This document shows positions 1 to 8,533 of a stretch of 22,755 nt of DNA, piece after piece. Below the pieces are notes generated by a model. It was not told the DNA's origin. It saw only the letters and a program-made list of their open reading frames with translations, and did no database searches. A program made the translations under genes and the position numbers. Positions within the stretch are counted from its first letter, which is position 1. Every line of letters starts with the position of its first letter. This DNA is from an uncultured archaeon. Its GTDB lineage: Archaea > Asgardarchaeota > Heimdallarchaeia > Heimdallarchaeales > Heimdallarchaeaceae. The DNA lies in NCBI GenBank assembly GCA_964549075.1, contig CAZJUB010000038.1, forward strand, positions 1-22,755, given 5' to 3'.

Positions 1-1
1 A

Positions 2-208
2 ACAATTACATCCTATCTGCAGTATATGTGTTCCACTAAAACAGTTGAATTCACTAATGATGGGATTTACTCTTTGGTAAAAAACCAAAAGATTATCTCA
101 TCTGAAGAACTAGCTGAAGCTACAAAACAAGTAGAAAACAGCTTATTAGGATATAAATCTGCGATGGAAATAATTAGAGAAGCGGAAAAATTATTTTCTT
201 CAGCATGA
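2..208 (+). CDS. Hypothetical protein, 3' end only (frame open from the window edge)
   Basis: Frame 2 is open from base 2 (TITSYLQYMCSTK...) to TGA at 206-208 and converges on the HD gene. No recognisable motif. Confidence 0.55.
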   Translation, partial: TITSYLQYMCSTKTVEFTNDGIYSLVKNQKIISSEELAEATKQVENSLLGYKSAMEIIREAEKLFSSA

Positions 209-232
209 TTTTAGCTCAAATATAGCTTGACT

Positions 233-1609
233 TTAGTAAGATGTAACTGATACATCAGGTTCTGAATCTGATACTTTAGGTCTTATCTTCTTCCATATAT
301 TTTTCACTTTTTCAACATCATTTGGATGAGCATAAGCTCTAACTAGCGTAAAAAGTGTTCTATAAGCTTTAGGACCTGAAAATGTGGTTATATATGAAGT
401 AGTGTTAAGTGCTTCATTAAGAGTAAACGAAGATGTACCTGGACGAATACGATCAAAAGGATCATAAATATATATGTTTGAAGCTTGAAACTCTTGTTCA
501 TTAATTGTAGATAATTTATTAGTTGAATCAACTTTTATATCAAATTTAAATCTGATTTTGTTTTGTTTAGCATAACTTTTAACCTTTTTAATGAAAGATT
601 CTTGTGCAGTTAAATTACATAGTTCCTCAACACTAATTCCCAAATTTTCTGCTGTTGATTCATCAATGATTTTTTCCCAAACTGCCTTATATAAACGACG
701 ATCAAACAAGTCTTTTACTAATGATTTCGCTACAGCTAAATCTTCTGATTCTTTTGAGAATATCTCTCCTAACAACGTATATTCGTTGAGGTATGTGTAT
801 CTAGCTAAATCATTTGTTCGTTCGATAAGTTCGAGAGGTTCACATGCTTCTCTTAGCATTTCATGTATTGTTATATCTGCTGCTCGTGCTGTTTTATGGA
901 AATAAACATTCTTATATTCAAAGAAGCGTCCTATAAGAGACGAATAAATATCATCTAAACACTTCCAGTTATAATGTATAGCTTCTTTATCTAGATGCAT
1001 CTGAATGGTAGTATTATTGATAATACGATTTACTGCTATTATTCCAAAGTGAAGAGTACCTGCAAAGAATGAATCTAAGAGCAAGAAATCTAAACGATAA
1101 GCACCAAGTGCTCCATGGATTAATGGATGAACAAGATAATTTTCACCATTCCAGATTTTCATTAATTCCTCAGGATTTGTAAATTCTTCAATAATTGGCT
1201 TGAGAAACTCAGAAAAGACCATTTTATCTCTATGAACATCATGTCCATGAGGTGCATCAGGATATACTCGCTTGAAAACAACATCATCATATGTATGACT
1301 AAATGGGCCATGACCAATATCGTGCAAAAGAGCTGCGATACGAGCTGTTTGTGTTATCTCTACAACATCATCTTCTTCTCTGAATACTTCTTCTGCATAT
1401 TTTCCTGCTAAATGCATAACTCCCACACTATGTGTAAATCGGGAATGAATTGCAGATGGATAAACCTGTCGAACTCCTGAGAGTTGGCTTATCCAGCGTA
1501 ATCTTTGAAATATTGGAGAATCTATTATTTTGTTTTCAATGTCTGTCATTCGTACTTCATCATAAATAGGATCTCTGATAGTACGAGTGAATTTTAACAC
1601 GTCTCTCAT
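233..1609 (-). CDS. HD-domain phosphohydrolase, SAMHD1/dNTP triphosphohydrolase-like (COG1078-type)
   Basis: Motifs IRDPIY, FQRLRWISQL, HSRFTHSVG (H60), ALLHDIGHGPFSH (H96/D97) and VYFHKT. The fourth metal-ligand Asp position reads Tyr171. Confidence 0.9.
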   Translation of the reverse strand: MRDVLKFTRTIRDPIYDEVRMTDIENKIIDSPIFQRLRWISQLSGVRQVYPSAIHSRFTHSVGVMHLAGKYAEEVFREEDDVVEITQTARIAALLHDIGHGPFSHTYDDVVFKRVYPDAPHGHDVHRDKMVFSEFLKPIIEEFTNPEELMKIWNGENYLVHPLIHGALGAYRLDFLLLDSFFAGTLHFGIIAVNRIINNTTIQMHLDKEAIHYNWKCLDDIYSSLIGRFFEYKNVYFHKTARAADITIHEMLREACEPLELIERTNDLARYTYLNEYTLLGEIFSKESEDLAVAKSLVKDLFDRRLYKAVWEKIIDESTAENLGISVEELCNLTAQESFIKKVKSYAKQNKIRFKFDIKVDSTNKLSTINEQEFQASNIYIYDPFDRIRPGTSSFTLNEALNTTSYITTFSGPKAYRTLFTLVRAYAHPNDVEKVKNIWKKIRPKVSDSEPDVSVTSY

Positions 1610-1734
1610 AGTTATTCCGCCACAATACCTAGTGTTTAATTAATATAATAACCTTTTAATCTTTTTGCTCTTATCTAAAATTACGACAAAAAACGTCTTG
1701 AGGTGAAAAAACACATTTTTGGAGAAAAAAGTGG

Positions 1735-1811
1735 TGGTGGACCGACCGGGATTTGAACCCGGGGCTACTTCATTGCGAACGAAGCGATCTCCCAGACTGA
1801 TCTACCGGCCC
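1735..1811 (-). tRNA. tRNA-Ala(CGC), intronless, CCA encoded
   Basis: Minus strand reads GGGCCGG...CTTCG-TT-CGC-AA-TGAAG...CCGGG-TTCAAAT-CCCGG-TCGGTCC-A-CCA. It has the G3:U70 alanine identity pair and an oligo-T run downstream (1725-1730). Confidence 0.97.
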
Positions 1812-1899
1812 AAACAAGTAAAGAATATTATCTCTATAGAAAATGATAGTATAAAATAAAACAACACTGAAGGAGAAAGATTATGAAATTATGGGTATA

Positions 1900-2313
1900 T
1901 TATGAAGCACTTTTTACTCTCATAATTTTTCTTCTACCGATAGCATTCCAATATTCTACTTCTGCACCTTCTTTAATACCACTTTTGATTTCTTCTTCTT
2001 CAGGTATCGCTGCTTCAAAAGTTTCATATGTTTCAAGATCCATGAGTTGGACACTATCAGCAGCTATTGATAAAACTTGGGCGTTTCGCTTATCAATTAC
2101 TGGAGATTGCATCTTAAAATCACCAGGTAAAGTAATTTCAGTTTTGCTTCCTGTGAAAATATTTTCAATCTTCATTCTGCATTTTGCATGTCCATGTTTT
2201 CCACTTTTTGATTTCTCAGTGGAACGGACTAAGTAAACATCATCATTGTGGATAATGTAATAACCTTCTTTTATTTGACCTGCTTTTACAGGTTTAATAT
2301 CATGTTCAGACAT
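1900..2313 (-). CDS. eif5a: Translation factor aIF5A/eIF5A
   Basis: Hypusination loop SKSGKHGHAK (K39), IFTG, and C-terminal QLMDLETYETFE. AGGAG ribosome-binding site upstream. Confidence 0.97.
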   Translation of the reverse strand: MSEHDIKPVKAGQIKEGYYIIHNDDVYLVRSTEKSKSGKHGHAKCRMKIENIFTGSKTEITLPGDFKMQSPVIDKRNAQVLSIAADSVQLMDLETYETFEAAIPEEEEIKSGIKEGAEVEYWNAIGRRKIMRVKSAS

Positions 2314-2366
2314 TTGTATATCTCCTACAAGTTCTTCTTTCTTTATTATTTAATTTCTATTGATAT

Positions 2367-2383
2367 CCTATTTAAAGGATTTT
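2367..2383 (-). promoter_or_regulatory. Putative BRE-TATA promoter of eif5a
   Basis: Minus strand AAAATCCTTTAAATAGG about 55-70 nt upstream of the ATG. Confidence 0.5.
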
Positions 2384-2456
2384 GGTTAAAATATCAAGCA
2401 TGAAACAAAATATTACTAAAATAAATAAGATTTTTTAGTTAAAGTAAAGAGTAATC

Positions 2457-2900
2457 TTATCTCTGAGGTTTAGCTTTTTTTCCAATAACAATTTGATTAA
2501 TAGCAGTACCATTAATGTGTGTTACTTGCCATTTTACACCTGGAAGATCTCCCATAGCACCTTTTTGAGCACCACCTATACTGCAAACAATGACTTCATC
2601 ATGTTCATCAATATAGAGAAGACCACCATCATGAGGGACAAAAGCACCTACTTGTTTCCCATTTTTAGCTAGTCTAACTCTTACACACTTTCTCATTGCT
2701 GAGTTAGGTTGTTTACTTTCAACACCATATTTCTCTACTACTATACCTCTAGCAGCTGGAGCTCCCTCTAATGGATCTGTTTTCTTGTCCAATCTTAACA
2801 TTCTTCTTTTGTATTGGATATCTTTCCATCGAAAGTGTTTTCTCTTGTTTTTCAGCGCTCTTGCTGCGAATTCTCCTTTCGGACTTTTTGATCCAGTCAT
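2457..2900 (-). CDS. rps12: 30S ribosomal protein uS12 (S12/S23e)
   Basis: Motifs [15 protein letters not shown] and GDLPGV, with the archaeal/eukaryotic N-terminal extension ([12 protein letters not shown]). Confidence 0.98.
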   Translation of the reverse strand: MTGSKSPKGEFAARALKNKRKHFRWKDIQYKRRMLRLDKKTDPLEGAPAARGIVVEKYGVESKQPNSAMRKCVRVRLAKNGKQVGAFVPHDGGLLYIDEHDEVIVCSIGGAQKGAMGDLPGVKWQVTHINGTAINQIVIGKKAKPQR

Positions 2901-2978
2901 ATTAAATCACATTTTTTTGTAAGGATGTATGTGCCATAGTTAGACTTCAAACTTTGGTTAGAGTTCCCTCATTAGTTT

Positions 2979-2993
2979 TTAATAAAAACTTTC
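2979..2993 (-). promoter_or_regulatory. Putative BRE-TATA promoter of rps12
   Basis: Minus strand GAAAGTTTTTATTAA within the 157-bp rpoA2-rps12 spacer. Confidence 0.5.
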
Positions 2994-3030
2994 TGTTCAC
3001 TTACTTTTACAACGATATTGAGGTAGAATC

Positions 3031-3052
3031 AAAAGAAGTAAAAAAGAAAAAA
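3031..3052 (-). terminator. Putative oligo-U terminator after rpoA2
   Basis: Minus strand TTTTTTCTTTTTTACTTCTTTT just after the rpoA2 stop codon. Confidence 0.5.
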
Positions 3053-3057
3053 TAGAT

Positions 3058-4269
<1,212 letters not shown>

Positions 4270-6960
4270 TTATCCCTCCAATGTATCCTCATCAGAATGA
4301 GTTTCAAGAATCTTGCTTATAATTATCGAAACATTCACTGCTTTACCATGATCACTTTTTGCAACGTCCACATTATCTTCACCATAAAGAAATTGTACTA
4401 TCTCGCCAGCTGCATTACGTACTGTTTTATCATAGCAAGATGAAATGTCTTGTAGAGCATTTACTAATCTTCTTTGCATATAACCACTTTGTGATGTACG
4501 AACTGCAGTATCTACTAATCCCTCACGACCTCCTGCTGCATGCATAAAGAACTCTATTGGATTTAAACCTGATCTGAAACTACTATCTACGAAACCATGA
4601 GCTTCTGCAGATAGGTCTCCTGGTTTGAAAAATGGTAAAACTCTATCTTTGTATCCTCTTTGTATTCTCTGACCTCTAACAGCTTGTTGACCAACACATG
4701 CACTCATTTGTCCGAGATTTAACATGTTACCTCTAGCACCTGTTTTTGCCATAATTAACGCTTCATTGTCTGGTTCTAGGTATTTAGCACTTACATCTGA
4801 GCAATCTGTTCTAGCTTTGGATAATATCTCCATGATTTTGGCTTCTAAAGTTTCTTCTTCAGTACGCCCTGCTTGTCTTTCTAAAGTTCCATCTTCATAT
4901 TTGCTGATCACTTCGAGAACGTTTTTCTTAGCATCTGTAAGTATTTCGTCTATCCTTTTTTCTGCTTCATCAGGAATATCTATATCACTTGCTCCCATAC
5001 TGAAACCACGAAGGGTAATGTTTGTAGTAAGCATTCTTGTAACACTATCCAGAAAAGTACGTGTTCTATCAGCCCCATACTCTTTTAGTATTCTGTGAAG
5101 GACACTATCTGGCACTTCTGCTCCAAATGCTTTTTTATCAATAATTCCAGAAACTAAAATACCATCTCTTATTAGTATATAACCCTCAACTGGACACTTA
5201 GCTTTTTTACATGTTTCATGTTTTTCACACAAATTGTTAAACATTGTAAAATTGAAATCTTCAGGTAATAAAGCACTAAAGAGTGTTTTGCCTGACCACA
5301 GAAGTTCACCTTTAGGTCCTTTTTTATCGTGTTTTGGTAAATCTTCTAATCCAGCAGCAGTAATGAGTTGTGCTGCTTCGCTTCTTTGATAATAAGCTGT
5401 TTTTCGTGTTAAATAATAAGCACTTGTAATGAAGTCTTGAATTGCTCCTATTATTGGTCCACCATAGCGAGGAGTACTTATCTGCTCCTGAACTCTCATT
5501 AGAATCCTTGCTTCAGCTTGTGCTTCTTCACTTTGCGGAACATGCAGGTTCATTTCATCCCCATCAAAATCTGCATTGTAAGGTCTACAAACAGGGAGTG
5601 TTAATCTGAAAGTTTTGTATGGAACTACTTTCACCTCGTGAGCCATAATGCTCATTCTATGGAGACTTGGTTGCCTATTGAATAATACTACATCTCCATC
5701 ACGTAGATGTCTCTCAATTATAAATTCTGGTTGGAGAGAATCTGCAACAGCTTGGAGGTTTCGAGCATAACGTAAATCAACTCTTCTTCCATCGGGACGT
5801 ATAATATAGTTTACACCAGGGAAATTTCTAGGTCCTTTCATAACTAGTTCTTTCATTTCCTCAATATTCCATTCAGTAACTCTTTCTGGAACAGTTAGAA
5901 TTTCTGCTATATCTTTAGGTACACCTACTTCATTTATACTTAACAATGGATCTGGACTTATAACTGTTCTTGCGCTGAAATCTACTCGCTTTCCACTAAG
6001 ATTAGCTCGGAATCTTCCTTCCTTTCCTTTTAATCTCTGAGTAAGAGTTCTTAAAGCTCTTCCGCTTCTATGTCTTGCTGGTGGGATACCACTTATTTCA
6101 TTATCAAAATATGTGCTGACATGATATTGTAACAATTCCCATAAATCTTCAACAATAAGCTGAGGAGCACCTGCTTCTCTGTTCTCTAGCAACCTTTGGT
6201 TAATACGTATTATATCTACCAGCTTATGTGTTAAATCGTCCTCAGATCTGATACCATTCTCTAGAGTAATACTTGGACGAACACTTACTGGAGGAACTGG
6301 TAAAACCCATAGAATCATCCATTCTGGACGCGCATATTCAGGATTAATACCTAATAGTTTACAGTCTTCTGTAGTAATTTCTTTAAACCAGCTATGAATA
6401 TCGAGAGGGGAAAGTTTGTTAGTTTGTTTTTGACCTGTTTCGGTTTCAACTTCCTCAAAATAGGTTGTAGGTTTTTCTAAACGGATTTTGTTTTGAGATT
6501 CCTCACAATAAGGACAGGTATTCTTTTTTGCTGCCCTTTTCATTAATTCTTCAATAAGATCATAATCTGGAACTCCCCATTGTTCCTCATAGTCGTCCAT
6601 TTTCTGAGAAGCTTCTTTGATTTCATTCAAATCTAGAAGTACTCTATGACAAGAACGACAAGTAGCACGAAGAATTTTATAAATCAGTTTGTTGTAACCT
6701 ACATGAATGACGGGACGGGAAAGTTCTATGTGTCCAAAATGGCCTGGGCAACTTCCAACTCTAGCACCACAAGTTTTGCACCTTTGACCAGGATCAATAG
6801 TACCAAGGAGTCCGTCCATTAAACCAGAAGTAACAGGAGTACCATCAGCGTCATAAGTGTCAGGAGTGATAATACGCTCGACAGACATCTTACGAATCGT
6901 ATCTGGGTCGAGTAATCCAAAACGTACAGCTTTTACGGTTTTATACCCTATTGTACTCAT
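4270..6960 (-). CDS. rpoA1: DNA-directed RNA polymerase subunit A' (Rpo1N)
   Basis: Catalytic YNADFDGDEMN, Zn-binding CKTC...CPGHFGHI, GKRVDFSAR, NRQPSLH and bridge helix GGREGLVDTAVRT. Only 3 bp separate it from rpoA2. Confidence 0.99.
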   Translation of the reverse strand: MSTIGYKTVKAVRFGLLDPDTIRKMSVERIITPDTYDADGTPVTSGLMDGLLGTIDPGQRCKTCGARVGSCPGHFGHIELSRPVIHVGYNKLIYKILRATCRSCHRVLLDLNEIKEASQKMDDYEEQWGVPDYDLIEELMKRAAKKNTCPYCEESQNKIRLEKPTTYFEEVETETGQKQTNKLSPLDIHSWFKEITTEDCKLLGINPEYARPEWMILWVLPVPPVSVRPSITLENGIRSEDDLTHKLVDIIRINQRLLENREAGAPQLIVEDLWELLQYHVSTYFDNEISGIPPARHRSGRALRTLTQRLKGKEGRFRANLSGKRVDFSARTVISPDPLLSINEVGVPKDIAEILTVPERVTEWNIEEMKELVMKGPRNFPGVNYIIRPDGRRVDLRYARNLQAVADSLQPEFIIERHLRDGDVVLFNRQPSLHRMSIMAHEVKVVPYKTFRLTLPVCRPYNADFDGDEMNLHVPQSEEAQAEARILMRVQEQISTPRYGGPIIGAIQDFITSAYYLTRKTAYYQRSEAAQLITAAGLEDLPKHDKKGPKGELLWSGKTLFSALLPEDFNFTMFNNLCEKHETCKKAKCPVEGYILIRDGILVSGIIDKKAFGAEVPDSVLHRILKEYGADRTRTFLDSVTRMLTTNITLRGFSMGASDIDIPDEAEKRIDEILTDAKKNVLEVISKYEDGTLERQAGRTEEETLEAKIMEILSKARTDCSDVSAKYLEPDNEALIMAKTGARGNMLNLGQMSACVGQQAVRGQRIQRGYKDRVLPFFKPGDLSAEAHGFVDSSFRSGLNPIEFFMHAAGGREGLVDTAVRTSQSGYMQRRLVNALQDISSCYDKTVRNAAGEIVQFLYGEDNVDVAKSDHGKAVNVSIIISKILETHSDEDTLEG

Positions 6961-7001
6961 ATTTTATATTTCTCCCAAAAATAACTTTGAATCTTTACAC
7001 T

Positions 7002-7013
7002 AGTCACGTGACT
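7002..7013. repeat. Perfect 12-bp palindrome AGTCACGTGACT in the rpoA1/folD divergent spacer
   Basis: Read directly from the sequence. It lies about 25-35 nt downstream of the putative rpoA1 TATA box. Confidence 0.85.
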
Positions 7014-7036
7014 TTACCACACGGGGTTTAGTATTT

Positions 7037-7050
7037 GATAAAAACCTTTT
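7037..7050 (-). promoter_or_regulatory. Putative BRE-TATA promoter of rpoA1-rpoA2
   Basis: Minus strand AAAAGGTTTTTATC. rpoA1 is divergent from folD, so it needs its own promoter. Confidence 0.55.
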
Positions 7051-7172
7051 GATTACAAACTGATTTACTAATAATGGGGTTTACTAGACGTCTATACAGC
7101 GTTACTTAAAAAAATGTAAATCCTTAGAGTTTATATAATTATATGTTAAAAGATTAAATTGAACGTGAAAAA

Positions 7173-8126
7173 ATGATTTCTATTGCAGAAAAGACCAATA
7201 TAATTGATGGCAGAAAATTCTCGCAGATATATACGGAAAGAGTTCTAAAACCTCGCTGTGAAGTTATCAAACAGAAATATGAAACTGTACCAAAGTTATC
7301 TACAATAATAGTGGGGGAAGATCCTGCTTCAGAGTCTTATCGACGTATAAGGGAAAAGTTTTTTGCAAATTTATGCTTAGATTACGAAGTTACTAGTCTT
7401 CCTAAAGAAACAACACAAGAAGAACTTCTAGAGTTGATTAAACGGCAAAATAATGATGATAGTATCGATGGAATAATGGTTCAGCTACCCTTGCCTGCAC
7501 ACATGGATGAGGACTTAGTTATAGAAAGTATATCTCCTAGCAAGGACATTGAAGGGTTATCTCCAGAAAATGTATATGCATGGACCAAAGCTGAACCCAA
7601 TTTAGTTCCTGCGACTGCTTTAGGTGTTTTTGCGCTTTTAAAACATTATCAAGTACCTTTAGAAGGAAAACATGCAGTAGTAGTAGGTAAAAGCATGATT
7701 GTAGGAAAACCTATAGCTCATCTTCTCCTCAAAGAACACGCAACTGTAACAATCTGTCATTCAAAATCAAAACCTTTGGAAAGATATACCATGGATGCTG
7801 ATATTCTTATAGTAGCTGTTGGTCATGCTCATCTAATTAAAAAAGGGATGGTGAAGAAGGGGGTTATTATAATAGATGTTGGAGTGAATTTTGAAAACGG
7901 AAAATTGCTTGGTGATACAGACTTTGATGACTTAAAAGAGGATGCTAGTTTAATATCTCCCGTTCCAGGAGGAAGTGGTCCTGCAACAGTTTGTATGTTG
8001 GCGAGTAATGTATTTTTAGCTTTTGAACTAAAACAAGCGAAAAACGATAAAGAACTTCAAGAATGCTTTCGCGAATATTTAGCAAATTACGAGGCAGTAG
8101 AAAACGGTAATTTTTGTTTAGACTAA
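7173..8126 (+). CDS. folD: 5,10-methylene-THF dehydrogenase/cyclohydrolase family protein (FolD)
   Basis: Motifs IIDGR, VGEDPAS, GIMVQLPLP, KDIEG, VVVGKSMIVGKP, ATVTICHS, IDVGVN and SPVPGGSGP. Confidence 0.95.
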   Translation: MISIAEKTNIIDGRKFSQIYTERVLKPRCEVIKQKYETVPKLSTIIVGEDPASESYRRIREKFFANLCLDYEVTSLPKETTQEELLELIKRQNNDDSIDGIMVQLPLPAHMDEDLVIESISPSKDIEGLSPENVYAWTKAEPNLVPATALGVFALLKHYQVPLEGKHAVVVGKSMIVGKPIAHLLLKEHATVTICHSKSKPLERYTMDADILIVAVGHAHLIKKGMVKKGVIIIDVGVNFENGKLLGDTDFDDLKEDASLISPVPGGSGPATVCMLASNVFLAFELKQAKNDKELQECFREYLANYEAVENGNFCLD

Positions 8127-8163
8127 CAATTAAAGTTATTTAGAATAAAGAAGGTTATTTCTT

Positions 8164-8511
8164 ATGCAAGAAATTACCTTAACAAAGTCCTTTGAGATAC
8201 AGAATCAAAGCTACGAATTAATTATTGTTTCTCTAGAAAATGCTGTCTCTCTATTTCTCTACGAAAACACCCCCAAATTTGGTACCTTTGGATTATCCGT
8301 TCCCGCAACCGAATTTATGCCTGCTTCTACTCTTTATATTACTGGTCAGAAAAATGAACAATATGTAAGAATGATTGGTGAAAGATTAGCAACTAAAATA
8401 AAAAAATTAGTCTTAGTTTCTCTCAACATTCAAGATATTTCCAATGAAATTTTACTTAAAATCTTTGAGAATATTGAAAAGGAGCTATTGTCAACTGATG
8501 AAAATAAATAA
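8164..8511 (+). CDS. Proteasome assembly chaperone 4 (PAC4/PSMG4)-like protein
   Basis: 115 aa. The C-terminal pattern GTFGLSVP...ASTLYITG...IGERLATKIKKLVLVSLNI parallels PSMG4 (LAVAM...STSLLG...LAQRLARKTNKQVFVSYNL), compared from memory. Confidence 0.7.
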   Translation: MQEITLTKSFEIQNQSYELIIVSLENAVSLFLYENTPKFGTFGLSVPATEFMPASTLYITGQKNEQYVRMIGERLATKIKKLVLVSLNIQDISNEILLKIFENIEKELLSTDENK

Positions 8512-8533
8512 GAAGCACTAGAATTTTGTGCTT

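Noticed and set aside
591-905. 104-aa + strand ORF
   Set aside because: Antisense shadow of the HD gene with no motif.
1883-2236. 117-aa + strand ORF
   Set aside because: Antisense to eif5a. Its Ser/Phe/Leu-rich composition is typical of shadow frames.
2974-2990. Inverted repeat AGTTTTT-AAT-AAAAACT
   Set aside because: Low complexity and explained by the TATA box itself.
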